Below, piece after piece: positions 19,174 to 31,216 of a DNA stretch of 64,000 nt (position 1 is its first letter; each line of letters begins with the position of its first letter). Source of the DNA: Deferribacterales bacterium (GTDB lineage Bacteria > Chrysiogenota > Deferribacteres > Deferribacterales > Geovibrionaceae); NCBI GenBank assembly GCA_050251945.1, contig JBFWLW010000007.1:32001-96000 (forward strand). Reading direction: 5' to 3'. The notes beneath the pieces are model-generated. The model worked only from the letters and a program-made list of their open reading frames with translations, made no database searches and was not told where the DNA came from. The position numbers were made by a program, and so were the translations under genes.

Positions 19174-19332
19174 TTAGCATGATTTTCCTTCTTCAAGCAA
19201 TTCTTTTATGATCATTTTCTTCTTATGTATCGGACAGAGGGGGATCTCCTCTTTCGGGATGTAGACTATCTGGGTATGATCGCAAAGCGGGCATTTGACT
19301 TCAACGGTTGTTACCTTTTCTTTTTCCGCCAT
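19174..19332 (-). CDS. 52-aa Zn-ribbon-like small protein (CPLC…CPIH), absent from the ORF track
   Basis: MAEKEKVTTVEVKCPLCDHTQIVYIPKEEIPLCPIHKKKMIIKELLEEGKSC; GGAGG RBS; stop overlaps the RBS of the next gene. Confidence 0.75.
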   Translation of the reverse strand: MAEKEKVTTVEVKCPLCDHTQIVYIPKEEIPLCPIHKKKMIIKELLEEGKSC

Positions 19333-19425
19333 TACTGCCTCCTTAAATATGCGTCCTAAACTTTAATTATACAAAAAAAACAGTAAAAAAATAAAGTAAA
19401 AATGTCTGTGCCGGGGACAGGTCGG

Positions 19426-20427
19426 TTAAAGCAGCGCCAAAACACCGTCTGCATCCCGTTCTTCCGCCGTATAGGGGCAGACAAATCTGCAGAGGTTTTC
19501 CGTTTCATCCCACACATAAAACACATATTTCTCCGAGAGCTTTTTTATCTGTGTGTCTGAGAGGTGCGCGAAAACCGCGTTGCCTTTTACAGGATATTTT
19601 ATTGATATGCCTCTGTCCGTGAAACCGTCTGCAAGTCTGCTGGCGATAGTGTTTGCGCGGTCTGCGTTTTCGAGCCATATTCCGTCTTTAAGATAGGGGA
19701 TAAACTGTGCGGAGACGTATCGCATCTTGGAAAACAGCTGTCCGTATTGCTTTCGGACATATTTTGCGCTTTCGGCGAGGGCAGGGTTAAGGAATATTAC
19801 CGCTTCGCCCATCATAAGCCCGTTCTTTGTTCCGCCGAAGCTCAATATGTCGGCGCCCGCGCATGCCTGTTTCAGGCTGAGCGACATGCCTGCGGCCGCG
19901 TTGGCTATCCTTGATCCGTCTATATGCAGTATGAGGTTATTTTGTTTTGTGAAATCTGAGAGTTCTTTGAGTTCGTCAGGTGTGTACGCTGTGCCTGTTT
20001 CCGTTGTCTGGCTGATGGAAACTGCTTTCGGCTGGCTCTGGTGTTCAAAGCCGGTGTGTGCCAGACAGGGCTTCAGCATCTCAGGCTTAAGCTTGCCGTC
20101 GGCTGTTTTGATCGGGACAAGCTTGCTAGCTGTGAACCGTTCCACCGCGCCGCATTCGTCGCATGCAATGTGTGCCGTTTCCGCGCATAAAATGGATTGA
20201 TAGGGCAAAAGGACGCTTGCCAGCGAAATGACGTTCGCGCCTGTTCCCGTGAGCACGGGAAAATAAAGCGCCTGTTCGCCGAACTCCTTTCTGAAAAGAG
20301 TTTCGGCTTCCTCCGTCCACCTGTCGCTACCGTACGATTTTGCATATCCAATGCCAGCGTCAGCCACTGCCTGAATGATCCTTGGGTCGGCAGGCGCCGT
20401 GTTGTCGCTTAAGAATAAAATATCCAT
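19426..20427 (-). CDS. Low-specificity L-threonine aldolase family PLP enzyme
   Basis: SDN, GTGAN, HIDGSR, SFGGTKNG. Confidence 0.88.
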   Translation of the reverse strand: MDILFLSDNTAPADPRIIQAVADAGIGYAKSYGSDRWTEEAETLFRKEFGEQALYFPVLTGTGANVISLASVLLPYQSILCAETAHIACDECGAVERFTASKLVPIKTADGKLKPEMLKPCLAHTGFEHQSQPKAVSISQTTETGTAYTPDELKELSDFTKQNNLILHIDGSRIANAAAGMSLSLKQACAGADILSFGGTKNGLMMGEAVIFLNPALAESAKYVRKQYGQLFSKMRYVSAQFIPYLKDGIWLENADRANTIASRLADGFTDRGISIKYPVKGNAVFAHLSDTQIKKLSEKYVFYVWDETENLCRFVCPYTAEERDADGVLALL

Positions 20428-20613
20428 TTAAAATGCCTTAAGTTTCTTTATAAAAAAATAATGATAGCATTAACCGTTCATCTTCGCAATGTATTAGTTT
20501 GGTTATAAAAAGACCTTATTTGTCAACATCTTGACCTGTATTGTTTTGGCTTTACATCCATATCAAAAACCTTTAAACTAGATTGTTTTGAATGAAAATC
20601 TCGGAGGGTTTTT

Positions 20614-21843
20614 ATGGAAGAAAGCAAACTGAAAACCGGTCTTATCGGTATCCAGATGCTGTTCGTTGCTTTCGGAGCGCTGGTTCTTGTTCCTCTGCTT
20701 ACGGGACTTGATCCTTCGATAGCTCTGTTTACGGCGGGAGCAGGCACGCTTCTGTTTCAGGTTATAACAAAACGGATGGTTCCCGTTTTTCTCGCAAGTT
20801 CTTTCGCGTTCATCGCTCCCATACAGTTCGGTATCAAGCAGTTCGGTGTAGCCGCCACCCTCGGCGGTCTTGCATGTGCCGGTCTTGCATACCTTGTTTT
20901 CAGCGCCATGGTGAAGGTCGGCGGCGTTGAAGCCATCGAAAAATACCTGCCTGCCATTGTAACAGGTCCTGTTATTATGGTAATCGGTCTTAACCTCGCT
21001 CCTGTTGCGGTTAATATGGCGAAGAGTTTCGACGGTTCCGGCAACTATGACGGCAAAGCGATGCTGATTGCAATGATATCTCTGCTTACTGCCATTCTTA
21101 CGGTTGTTTACGGTAAAAAACTTCTCAGCCTGATACCTGTTCTGATGGGTATCATAGTGGGCTACGTTGTTTCGCTTATAATGGGAGTTGTCAGCTTTCA
21201 GCCCATTGCAGATGCCGCATGGCTTGCAAACCCATGGTCTGCGGCACTGGCAAACGGTTCATTCGCTATACCGGTTTTTGACATATCGGCTATCCTCTAT
21301 ATAGTTCCCGTGGCGATAGCACCCGCTATTGAACACGTCGGCGACGTTCTTGCCATTTCAAACGTTGCGGGCAAGAATTACCTGAAAAATCCCGGTCTTC
21401 ACAGGACGCTTCTGGGCGACGGTCTTGCGACCACCTTTGCAAGCCTTCTCGGCGGACCTCCCAACACAACTTATTCCGAAGTTACAGGAGCCGTGGCTCT
21501 CACAAAATCATACAGAGTTGTCTATATGACCATCGCCGCATGCACAGCCATCGTACTTGCTTTTGTGGGCAAGCTCGGTGCAGTGCTTAAGACCATCCCC
21601 GTTCCCGTTATGGGCGGGATCATGATACTGCTGTTCGGCATGATAGCCGCTATCGGTATCGGAACCGTTGTCCGTGAGCGCGTGGATATGTCAAAAGCGC
21701 GCAATCTTATCATCGCCTCCGTTATCCTTGTTGTCGGAATAGGCAACCTGAGCATAACAATGGGCAAGATTACTCTCGGCGGTATCGGTCTTGCGGGCAT
21801 AGTCGGCGTTATCCTTAACTTAATACTTCCCAAGGATAAATGA
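20614..21843 (+). CDS. uraA: Uracil/xanthine permease (NCS2)
   Basis: [14 protein letters not shown]; coupled to upp. Confidence 0.88.
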   Translation: MEESKLKTGLIGIQMLFVAFGALVLVPLLTGLDPSIALFTAGAGTLLFQVITKRMVPVFLASSFAFIAPIQFGIKQFGVAATLGGLACAGLAYLVFSAMVKVGGVEAIEKYLPAIVTGPVIMVIGLNLAPVAVNMAKSFDGSGNYDGKAMLIAMISLLTAILTVVYGKKLLSLIPVLMGIIVGYVVSLIMGVVSFQPIADAAWLANPWSAALANGSFAIPVFDISAILYIVPVAIAPAIEHVGDVLAISNVAGKNYLKNPGLHRTLLGDGLATTFASLLGGPPNTTYSEVTGAVALTKSYRVVYMTIAACTAIVLAFVGKLGAVLKTIPVPVMGGIMILLFGMIAAIGIGTVVRERVDMSKARNLIIASVILVVGIGNLSITMGKITLGGIGLAGIVGVILNLILPKDK

Positions 21844-22478
21844 TGAACTACCCGAATTTTCAAGTTATCAGTCACCCGCTCATAGAGCATAAACTAACCT
21901 TTATTCGCGACCTGACCACCCCGAAAAAGGGTTTTAAGGAACTGGTGGACGAAGTTGCAATGCTTATGGCGTATGAGATCACAAAGGATTTCCCGCTGGA
22001 AGAAGTTGAGATAGAAACACCTATCTGTAAAACGAAAACCAAGATAGTTTCCGGCAAAAAGGTTGTTCTAGTGCCTATCCTGCGTGCGGGTCTTGGTATG
22101 GTTGACGGTATATTAAAGCTTATCCCGTCCGCCCGTGTGGGGCATATTGGTCTTTACAGAGACCATGAAACGCTTCAGCCTGTTTCGTATTACTTTAAAA
22201 TTCCGCCTCAGAGCGAGGACAGGGATTTCATACTGATCGACCCGATGCTCGCCACGGGAGGCTCTGCAATTGCCGCAGTGGACAAGCTGAAAGAGGTCGG
22301 TGTTAAGAATATCAAGTTTATGTGCCTGATAGCCGCTCCGGAAGGGGTTAAGGCTTTCTGCGATGCGCACCCAGACGTTAAGGTGTTTGCCGCAGGGCTT
22401 GACGAGTGTCTGAACGGGAACGGGTACATAGTGCCCGGGCTTGGAGACGCAGGCGACAGGTTATTTGGAACTAAGTAG
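21840..22478 (+). CDS. upp: Uracil phosphoribosyltransferase
   Basis: [32 protein letters not shown]. Confidence 0.97.
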   Translation: MMNYPNFQVISHPLIEHKLTFIRDLTTPKKGFKELVDEVAMLMAYEITKDFPLEEVEIETPICKTKTKIVSGKKVVLVPILRAGLGMVDGILKLIPSARVGHIGLYRDHETLQPVSYYFKIPPQSEDRDFILIDPMLATGGSAIAAVDKLKEVGVKNIKFMCLIAAPEGVKAFCDAHPDVKVFAAGLDECLNGNGYIVPGLGDAGDRLFGTK

Positions 22479-22481
22479 ACA

Positions 22482-22512
22482 GGGCGGGTTAAAAACCCGC
22501 CCATTTGTTTTA
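22482..22512 (+). terminator. Terminator of uraA-upp
   Basis: GGGCGGGTT-AAA-AACCCGCCC followed by T-rich sequence. Confidence 0.75.
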
Positions 22513-22520
22513 TTATCGCT

Positions 22521-22913
22521 TCTAAACTTCTCATTTCTTCGTTGAAGTCTAAAAAATATTGCTCATGTACCTTCGTTGCGTACACTGCGCATATTTTTTA
22601 TCCTTCGCCTTGAACTGCTCGTTTATAACCGATAAGTTCAAGACGTTTGCCGTCACTGCGAGGGCGTAGCCCGCAGCAGTCTGATTTCTAAAGCTGACGT
22701 TTTAGTTTGCTTCGTCATTTCATTCCTCGCAAAGACGCAGGGATGTCTCTGCGAGGAGCAGCGCGACGAAGCAGTCTCAATTCACTACGTAATTTCTTCC
22801 ATCCATGGAGAAATTATGCCAACTCTTCGGTCGGCAGAAGCCTTCCTTCGCTCACGCAAGCGTGTTTCATCCTGAAACCAATTTCGTCTCTGCGAGCAGA
22901 GCGAAGCAGTCTC
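22521..22913. repeat. Stack of palindromic repeats: B (22521-22643), A (22652-22682, 22707-22736 inverted, 22745-22778, 22886-22913), C (22788-22878)
   Basis: Recurrent GTCwCTGCGAG…GCAGTCT units and homology to 16451-16540. Confidence 0.75.
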
Positions 22914-22917
22914 TTTC

Positions 22918-24015
22918 TTACAAGCCTAAAAATCGTCCTTCGCTGTATATCAGTTTTCCGTCCGCGTATGCCTTTCCGTCATGCATGGACTTTATCATAT
23001 CCCAGTGGATGCCTGACTTGTTCTTTCCGCCCGCTTCGGGATAGCTTGCGCCCACAGCCATGTGGATTGTGCGTCCTATCTTCTCGTCGAAAAGAATGTT
23101 CTTTGTCGGCTTGTCGATATTGTCGTTAAGACCGAAGGCGCACTCGCCGATGAACCTTGAGCCTTCGTCTGTTTCCAGAACGCTTTGCAGGAAATCGTTA
23201 CCTTTCTCTGCGGATGCCTCAACAATACGTCCCTTTTCAATTTTCAGCAGAATGCCGCCCGCTTCCACACCCATGTATGATGTGGGCAGGTCGAAATATA
23301 TCTGACCGTTCACGCCGTCTTCAACCGGACTGGTGTATACCTCGCCATCCGGCATGTTGTGGTGTCCGTTACAGTTCAGCCATTTACGCCCTTCAACATT
23401 ATAGGTCAGGTCGGTCTTTTCGCCCACAACGCGCAGTTCCTTTGTTCCGGTAAGAATATTCACTACTTTTTGTTGGAACTCGTCAACTTTGCGCCATGCG
23501 GCAACCGGATCCGCTTCGTTCAGCTTGCATGCGTTGAAAACGAACTCTGTGTATTCATCCAGAGACATTTCGGCATCCTGTGCCATTGCCTGCGAAGGGT
23601 AGGGGCAGAGTGACCAGCGGAATTCGCCATTCTGTTCGCGTTCCATAAGAACGTCGCGTACCTGACGCATTGTCTTGCTGGCGAGAGCTATTTTAGATTT
23701 GTCAGCCCTTGTGAGCTGTTTTGTGTTGCTTGTGCTGTCAATGTACACCTGCGCGGTGATATTGTGTGCGTCCGCCATGACACTGGGCGCTATGAACTCA
23801 AGCTGTTTTGCGCTTGCGTTGCTGTAAAAAGCCGCCTGCTGTTCGGCGATAGCCATACGCAGAATGGGGTGAGCACCCATTTGGAGAGCTTTCACCATCA
23901 GTGCTTTAACAAGCGGTTCTGATACTGTTTCAGCGCGGATAAGAAATATGTCATCCTCTTTCAGATTGAGGGAGTATTCGCATATAAGGTCTGCCATCTT
24001 CTTTTCTAATTGCAT
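22918..24015 (-). CDS. Aminopeptidase, M29 (thermophilic metalloprotease) family
   Basis: NMPDGEVYTSP, GECAFG, LFDEKIG, IHMAVG, IHWDM. Confidence 0.9.
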   Translation of the reverse strand: MQLEKKMADLICEYSLNLKEDDIFLIRAETVSEPLVKALMVKALQMGAHPILRMAIAEQQAAFYSNASAKQLEFIAPSVMADAHNITAQVYIDSTSNTKQLTRADKSKIALASKTMRQVRDVLMEREQNGEFRWSLCPYPSQAMAQDAEMSLDEYTEFVFNACKLNEADPVAAWRKVDEFQQKVVNILTGTKELRVVGEKTDLTYNVEGRKWLNCNGHHNMPDGEVYTSPVEDGVNGQIYFDLPTSYMGVEAGGILLKIEKGRIVEASAEKGNDFLQSVLETDEGSRFIGECAFGLNDNIDKPTKNILFDEKIGRTIHMAVGASYPEAGGKNKSGIHWDMIKSMHDGKAYADGKLIYSEGRFLGL

Positions 24016-24111
24016 GATATGCTCCTGTTTTCATTCAATAATGCTATAATAATATGAACTCGTTATTAATCAACAAGTCTTTACAATATAACTAAATCTA
24101 TCAGGTGATAA

Positions 24112-25407
24112 ATGCAGAAGAGAGTTAACAGACTTATTTTATACACACTCGACCCGTTCGGAAGGTTTTTGAAGCTTGAATCATCCAGCAGCATCCTGAT
24201 GATAGGCTCGATGGTTCTGGCACTGATATTTGCGAATTCAGCGCTTTCAGACGGTTATTTCTCATTCTTTCAGCAGAGGCTCGGCGTTACAATGGGGGCT
24301 TTCTCGCTGTATAAACCCCTTATCCTATGGATAAATGACGGTCTGATGGCACTGTTCTTCCTCCTTGTGGGGTTGGAAGTGAAACGGGAGTTCATACACG
24401 GCGAACTTTCCACACCTGCGCAGGCGATTCTGCCTGCTGTGGGAGCCATCGGAGGCGCTGTTGTCCCCGCCGCCATATATGCACTTTTAAACGTAAAGGG
24501 TGTTATGAGCGGGTGGGGCGTTCCCATGGCTACTGACATTGCTTTTGCCATAGGACTTCTGACACTGCTGGGAAGCGGTGTGCCTTCCGGTCTGAAAGTT
24601 TTTCTTGCGTCGCTGGCAGTTGTTGACGACCTACTGGCAGTGCTTGTGATAGCTCTTTTTTATACTGAATCCATCGTCATGTCATATATGATGTGGGGTG
24701 CTGTGGCTGTTGCGGCTCTGTTCGTGCTGAACAGGATGAAGGTTGCGGCTATCACTCCCTATATGGCTGTTGGCGGGATACTCTGGTATTGTCTGCTGAA
24801 AGCGGGAATACACGCCACTGCGGCGGGTGTCATAACGGCAATGTTTGTTCCGTCTGCACCTGCGATACCGCTTAACGTATTCAGCCGCCTGACAAAAGCG
24901 TCAATATCAAAAATTGACAACGACGATAATAAAGAACTTACAAAAGAGAACGAGCATGAACTGAACAGGGTGGTTCATATGGCTACCTATGCCTCAAGTC
25001 CGCTTTCAAGGCTTGAGGAGAGTCTGCACAGCTTCACGGCATATATAATCATGCCTGTGTTTGCGTTCTCGAACATGGGACTGCTGTTTGATGTCGGAAA
25101 TGTCGGTGCAGAGGGTGTTGCTGTGTCTGCAGGTATAGCCGCCGGGCTTGTCATCGGCAAACCGCTCGGCATTGTGGGCAGTGTGGCGCTTCTCATGAAA
25201 TTCGGAAAGGTAGCTTTGCCGGAAGGCGTTAATATGAAACATATAATAGGAGCCGGTATGCTTGCCGGCGTCGGTCTCACCATGTCGATTTTCATTTCCA
25301 CCATGGCGTTTCCCGAAGAGATGCAGAACGTTGCGAAGCTTTCCATTCTGGGTGCTTCCGCCTTGTCTGCCGTTTTTGGATTATTCTACCTGAAAAGGCA
25401 TATATAG
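24112..25407 (+). CDS. nhaA: Na+/H+ antiporter NhaA
   Basis: WINDGLM, GLEVKRE, ATDIAFA, LAVVDDL, GKPLG. Confidence 0.93.
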   Translation: MQKRVNRLILYTLDPFGRFLKLESSSSILMIGSMVLALIFANSALSDGYFSFFQQRLGVTMGAFSLYKPLILWINDGLMALFFLLVGLEVKREFIHGELSTPAQAILPAVGAIGGAVVPAAIYALLNVKGVMSGWGVPMATDIAFAIGLLTLLGSGVPSGLKVFLASLAVVDDLLAVLVIALFYTESIVMSYMMWGAVAVAALFVLNRMKVAAITPYMAVGGILWYCLLKAGIHATAAGVITAMFVPSAPAIPLNVFSRLTKASISKIDNDDNKELTKENEHELNRVVHMATYASSPLSRLEESLHSFTAYIIMPVFAFSNMGLLFDVGNVGAEGVAVSAGIAAGLVIGKPLGIVGSVALLMKFGKVALPEGVNMKHIIGAGMLAGVGLTMSIFISTMAFPEEMQNVAKLSILGASALSAVFGLFYLKRHI

Positions 25408-25457
25408 ATTCCGCGGCGCCGGATGTTCTCCGGCGTCATGTTTTTCAACCCCGTTAT

Positions 25458-25576
25458 TGTCTCATCTACATTGATACACCCTGTCTCACGGTGCAGTCAC
25501 ACAGCTCCGTAAATCATCATTCAAATATGTTTTATCAGTAACTTATCTTTAAAAATCCCTTGGTGTCAATTTTGCT
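25458..25576 (+). promoter_or_regulatory. Probable sigma-54 promoter with IHF-like site and palindromic enhancer
   Basis: TTGGTGTCAATTTTGC at 25560-25575; TATCAGTAACTTA at 25533-25545; TGTCTCA-N7-TGATACA at 25458-25478. Confidence 0.5.
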
Positions 25577-25638
25577 TGCTATTTGTGTCCACAAAAAATG
25601 TCTCAGATCAATATTATTAATTATGCGGAGGCTTTTGA

Positions 25639-27306
25639 ATGTTCAGATCCATTAATGGCAAAATACTGATGCTGGTAACTGTTCCTGTGTTATGCGTGGC
25701 TGCTATCATTCTTATGTCAGTGATAATCGAAATGAATATCAGTGCGTCGGATGAGATTGAAGAGACACGCGAAAATCTTATTCTCGCCAAAAAGAATGAG
25801 CTGAAAAAACTGATCGACGAATACATAACGTCCGTTACTCCGATATTGGATAACAACAGTATGTCCGTTGATGAGCGGAGGCAGATGATTATAAGTATGC
25901 TGGATAAGGTTACGTTTGATAACGTCGGCAGTAAGGACGGATATCTCGTCGGTTATTCATATGAAGGGATCGCGTTGTCGATCAGAACCGCTCCGGATCT
26001 GGTTGGTAAGAACCTTTATGAAAGAGTTAAAAATTCGATTAACGCCGCAAGAAACGGCGGAGGTTATGACGAGTATATGTGGCAGCTGCCCGGAACAAAT
26101 CAGGAAGTTCTTAAGATCAGCTATGCCAGAGGGATTGACAGTTTGGGCATGATGGTCGGAACAGCCGCCAGTACGGAGGATATCAGTAAAGCAGTGGAGA
26201 AAATTGAAGCTTCGACACATCGAAAAATAATGAAAACTGTGGCTCTGGTCTTTTTTATATCATTAGGTGTGATCGTGGTGACGCTTATCATCGCAAAATA
26301 TTTTGCAAAAATGCTCACTGCAGGAATAATCAATGCGTCGGCGACGCTAAAGGAGATATCATCGGGCAGAGGGGATCTCACCAAAAGACTTGACGTTAAA
26401 TCCAATGACGAAGTCGGCAAGCTGGCGGAATATTTCAACAGCTTTATTGACAAGCTTCGGGAAATAATCGCAACATTGCAGCACAGCGCCCATTCAGTCG
26501 CTTCCGGCAGTACGGAACTTGCCGCTGCAACTGAAGAGCTGTCGGCAACAGTGAACGATCAGTCGGCACAGATACTCAGCGTTGCCGGAGCCACTAACCA
26601 GATGAATACAGCGTCAGCCGCTATGACGGATGATCTGGCAGCAAGCAGTAAAATTGCCAATGAAACCTCGGCAACCACCACAGAGGGAAGAAACAAGATT
26701 CAGACTGCAATGGATGAAGTTAACGGTATTAAAACAAGCGTGGATCAGCTCAACGGAACAATACAAAAACTTGTAAACTCGTCTCAGGAGATAAATGAAA
26801 TTCTTGATGTCATAAGCGATATCGCCGATCAGACAAACCTTCTTGCGCTTAATGCCGCTATTGAGGCGGCAAGGGCAGGCGACCACGGAAGAGGATTTGC
26901 GGTTGTGGCAGATGAAGTGCGCAAACTTGCGGAGAGAACGCAGAGTTCAACAGGTGAAATAGGCGGCATCATAAATAACCTCAGGACAGATTCGCTGAAA
27001 GCTTCGAGCGATATGTCGGTTGCAAGGAATCAGGTGGAATCAGGAGTAAATATTATGCTTGAGACCGCCGGTTTTTTTGACAAAATAGTAAGTTCTGTTG
27101 ATGAAATGAAGCAAATGAACGCTTCTATTAAAGCATCCATGTCGAACCAGAAAGACGGGATGCACGAAATAAACGATAAAGCACAAGCTATTTCCACCGG
27201 AGTTGAGCAAAGTTCAAGCGCTCTCCTGGAGATAAGCAGAACGGTTTCGGATCTGGAAAAACAATCGGAAGAACTGCAGGACGTTATAAAACAGTTCAGG
27301 ATATAG
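25639..27306 (+). CDS. Methyl-accepting chemotaxis protein with Cache-like sensor
   Basis: GGGYDEYMW…KISYA sensor motif, HAMP, MCP signalling signature. Confidence 0.93.
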   Translation: MFRSINGKILMLVTVPVLCVAAIILMSVIIEMNISASDEIEETRENLILAKKNELKKLIDEYITSVTPILDNNSMSVDERRQMIISMLDKVTFDNVGSKDGYLVGYSYEGIALSIRTAPDLVGKNLYERVKNSINAARNGGGYDEYMWQLPGTNQEVLKISYARGIDSLGMMVGTAASTEDISKAVEKIEASTHRKIMKTVALVFFISLGVIVVTLIIAKYFAKMLTAGIINASATLKEISSGRGDLTKRLDVKSNDEVGKLAEYFNSFIDKLREIIATLQHSAHSVASGSTELAAATEELSATVNDQSAQILSVAGATNQMNTASAAMTDDLAASSKIANETSATTTEGRNKIQTAMDEVNGIKTSVDQLNGTIQKLVNSSQEINEILDVISDIADQTNLLALNAAIEAARAGDHGRGFAVVADEVRKLAERTQSSTGEIGGIINNLRTDSLKASSDMSVARNQVESGVNIMLETAGFFDKIVSSVDEMKQMNASIKASMSNQKDGMHEINDKAQAISTGVEQSSSALLEISRTVSDLEKQSEELQDVIKQFRI

Positions 27307-27308
27307 AT

Positions 27309-27336
27309 GAAAAAAGGCGGGCTGAAAACCCGCCTT
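27309..27336. terminator. Terminator hairpin
   Basis: AAGGCGGG-7nt-CCCGCCTT preceded by an A tract. Confidence 0.7.
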
Positions 27337-27447
27337 CAGGTTGTTGACAAACTTGTTAAAAGTTAATGAGATTGCCGCGTCAGCCTGCAGCTTCCTCGCA
27401 ATGACAGCAATCTACATCTTCGCGAGGTGTGCATGCGACGACGCGAT

Positions 27448-27476
<29 letters not shown>
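27337..27476. mobile_element. Second copy of the MITE-like element at 13576
   Basis: GTTGACAAACTTGTTAAAAGTTAATGAGATTGCCGCGTCAGCC…GCGATCTC nearly identical to 13582-13689. Confidence 0.75.
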
Positions 27477-29013
<1,537 letters not shown>

Positions 29014-29201
29014 TTATGGGTAATGAACTATATGTCACCCTGCATTTAACCATAAATTATAGCCACAAATTAAGAAAAATAACAACATCAAATCAGATTC
29101 GACCAATAGTTTGCTTATTTCTCCATTAAAAAACCGTTTATATCACCTTGACTTTGCAACGCGGGATAACTATTATTTTCAAAACTACGGAGCTTCAATT
29201 A

Positions 29202-30497
29202 ATGTATGCAATTCCGAATCTTCTCTTTGCCGACAGGCAGGGCAACATATATGATCACCCACATCTGAAAATGACTGTCAGGAGCGAGAACTATAATTTC
29301 GTTCCCTATGAGGTGGAACTTATCGAACTTCCGCCCTGTTCAAGGCTTTATTTCGTTCCCAACAGCCACCCTGTGGCTTATAACCCCCAGACGGCAGGCA
29401 TGGAGACGTTCACAGGCGGTCATGCCGTCAGTGCATTCCTTGATCCCGGTTTTCTGAGGCTTTTCCTTCCGGCATATGTCAAAAACACGGAAGAGGTGCT
29501 TCCGCTTTACGCTTACACCGCCGTGGGCTGGCTGAATGACAAGTTCGTTGTTCCCGCCATTAAAGTCGACGACGACAGCAAGTGGAACCCCGCAAACTTC
29601 GACTATACCGACGCTTTCAAACCCACCGTGGACAGGATGCTTGAAAAATATCCCGACAACAGACTTTATAAACAGCTCTCCACCTGCGCGCTGGAATACC
29701 ACTGCACGGCGGCGAAGAACGCATTCATCGGAAGATGGGAATGTCCCTTGCCGACAGCTCCCACCTGCAACAGCAGATGCATGGGCTGTATATCCAAACA
29801 GGACGATAAACGCGTAACCGCTCCGCAGGACAGGATAAAATTCACACCCACTCCTGAGGAGATAGCTCAGGTTGCTCTGAACCACTATGAGGTTGCGGAA
29901 GAGCCCATAGTAAGTTTCGGACAGGGCTGCGAAGGCGACCCCATCACAGTTGCTGACACCATCGCGAAGGCTATTAAAATTATCAAGGCGCAGGCGCCGG
30001 AACTTACGGTGAATTTCAACTCGAACTGCTCCAGTCCCGAAAAAATGAAGATGATTTTCGACGCTGGTGTAGATAGCATTAGGGTCAGCCTCAATTCAAT
30101 GGTACAATCCACATATGACGCGTATTACAACCCTGTTGGCTATACCCTTGACGACGTTCTGAAAAGTATAGAGCTTGCCAACAGATATAATGTATATACT
30201 TCGCTTAACTTCCTTACCATGCCGGGCATTAACGACAGAGAGAGCGAAGCGAACACTCTGATAGATTTTCTGGATGCGTATAAGATTGACCTGATTCAGC
30301 TCCGCAATCTGAACATCGACCCTGACTTTCTTTTTGCGGGAATGAAGTTTAAGAAAGAGGAGATTCTGGGACTTAAGAACCTCCTTAAGCTTATAAAAAA
30401 GAAGCACAAGAATATGAAATTCGGCTATTTCAACAGAACCCGTGAGAATTTTCAAAAAGATTTCGGGCTGCCGGATCTGAAAAGGAGGACTAAATGA
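29202..30497 (+). CDS. Radical SAM protein of unknown function
   Basis: CNSRCMGC (CxxxCxxC), SFGQGCEGDP. Confidence 0.85.
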   Translation: MYAIPNLLFADRQGNIYDHPHLKMTVRSENYNFVPYEVELIELPPCSRLYFVPNSHPVAYNPQTAGMETFTGGHAVSAFLDPGFLRLFLPAYVKNTEEVLPLYAYTAVGWLNDKFVVPAIKVDDDSKWNPANFDYTDAFKPTVDRMLEKYPDNRLYKQLSTCALEYHCTAAKNAFIGRWECPLPTAPTCNSRCMGCISKQDDKRVTAPQDRIKFTPTPEEIAQVALNHYEVAEEPIVSFGQGCEGDPITVADTIAKAIKIIKAQAPELTVNFNSNCSSPEKMKMIFDAGVDSIRVSLNSMVQSTYDAYYNPVGYTLDDVLKSIELANRYNVYTSLNFLTMPGINDRESEANTLIDFLDAYKIDLIQLRNLNIDPDFLFAGMKFKKEEILGLKNLLKLIKKKHKNMKFGYFNRTRENFQKDFGLPDLKRRTK

Positions 30498-31216
30498 AAA
30501 AGATTTTGGTTATTGTCACAATGCTTTTCTGCGCGACGGCATTCGCAGGGGATTTTAAACTGTCGAACAGTCTTACGCAGGATGAGTTCAGCGATCTGGT
30601 ACAGGATATCGGTCTTGCCGTTACCCCCACACCCAACAGCCCTGCAGAACCTCTCGGCACTCTCGGTTTTGACATAGCGCTGGAATCTCAGTTCACCACC
30701 ATTGACGACGGTTCCGCCAGATGGAAACACGCATGGGACGACGGCGACCCTGACAGCGGTATACTGGCAAACAGAGTGCACATTCAGAAAGGACTTCCTT
30801 TCGGTCTTGACCTCGGCGCCAGCATCACAAAAGGCGGTAACATCGACTTCACAGCTGTCACCATCGAAGCTAAATACGCAATTCTTGAAGGCTCCGTTGT
30901 CACTCCAGCTATAAGCGCAAAAGCCGCTTATACAAAAGTGATGGACATGGACGACATTGACCTTCAGTCAGGTCTTGTGGGACTCTATATCAGCAAAGGA
31001 TTCCTTATGCTTACGCCCTATGCAGGTATCGAGGACGTTTATACAATGGCAAGCACTGATTCCGACACTGTGGATCTTGACGACGAAAACGTAAACGCTG
31101 TCAGAGGCATGGTCGGTCTTCAGATATGTCCTTTCCCCTTCATCGTTCTTAACGTTGAAGCAGCGAGAGGCGGCGATGTTAACCAGTATGCCCTTAAGGC
31201 GGCAATCAGGTTCTAA
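30494..31216 (+). CDS. Exported protein, probable outer-membrane beta-barrel
   Basis: Signal peptide ending AFA; alternating beta-strand pattern; C-terminal Phe. Confidence 0.65.
   Translation: MKKILVIVTMLFCATAFAGDFKLSNSLTQDEFSDLVQDIGLAVTPTPNSPAEPLGTLGFDIALESQFTTIDDGSARWKHAWDDGDPDSGILANRVHIQKGLPFGLDLGASITKGGNIDFTAVTIEAKYAILEGSVVTPAISAKAAYTKVMDMDDIDLQSGLVGLYISKGFLMLTPYAGIEDVYTMASTDSDTVDLDDENVNAVRGMVGLQICPFPFIVLNVEAARGGDVNQYALKAAIRF

Noticed and set aside
22521..22913. CRISPR array, or the ORFs 22707-23129 and 22805-23044
   Set aside because: Repeats vary in length and orientation with no regular spacers and no cas genes; the ORFs are translations of repeat DNA and of the aminopeptidase antisense strand
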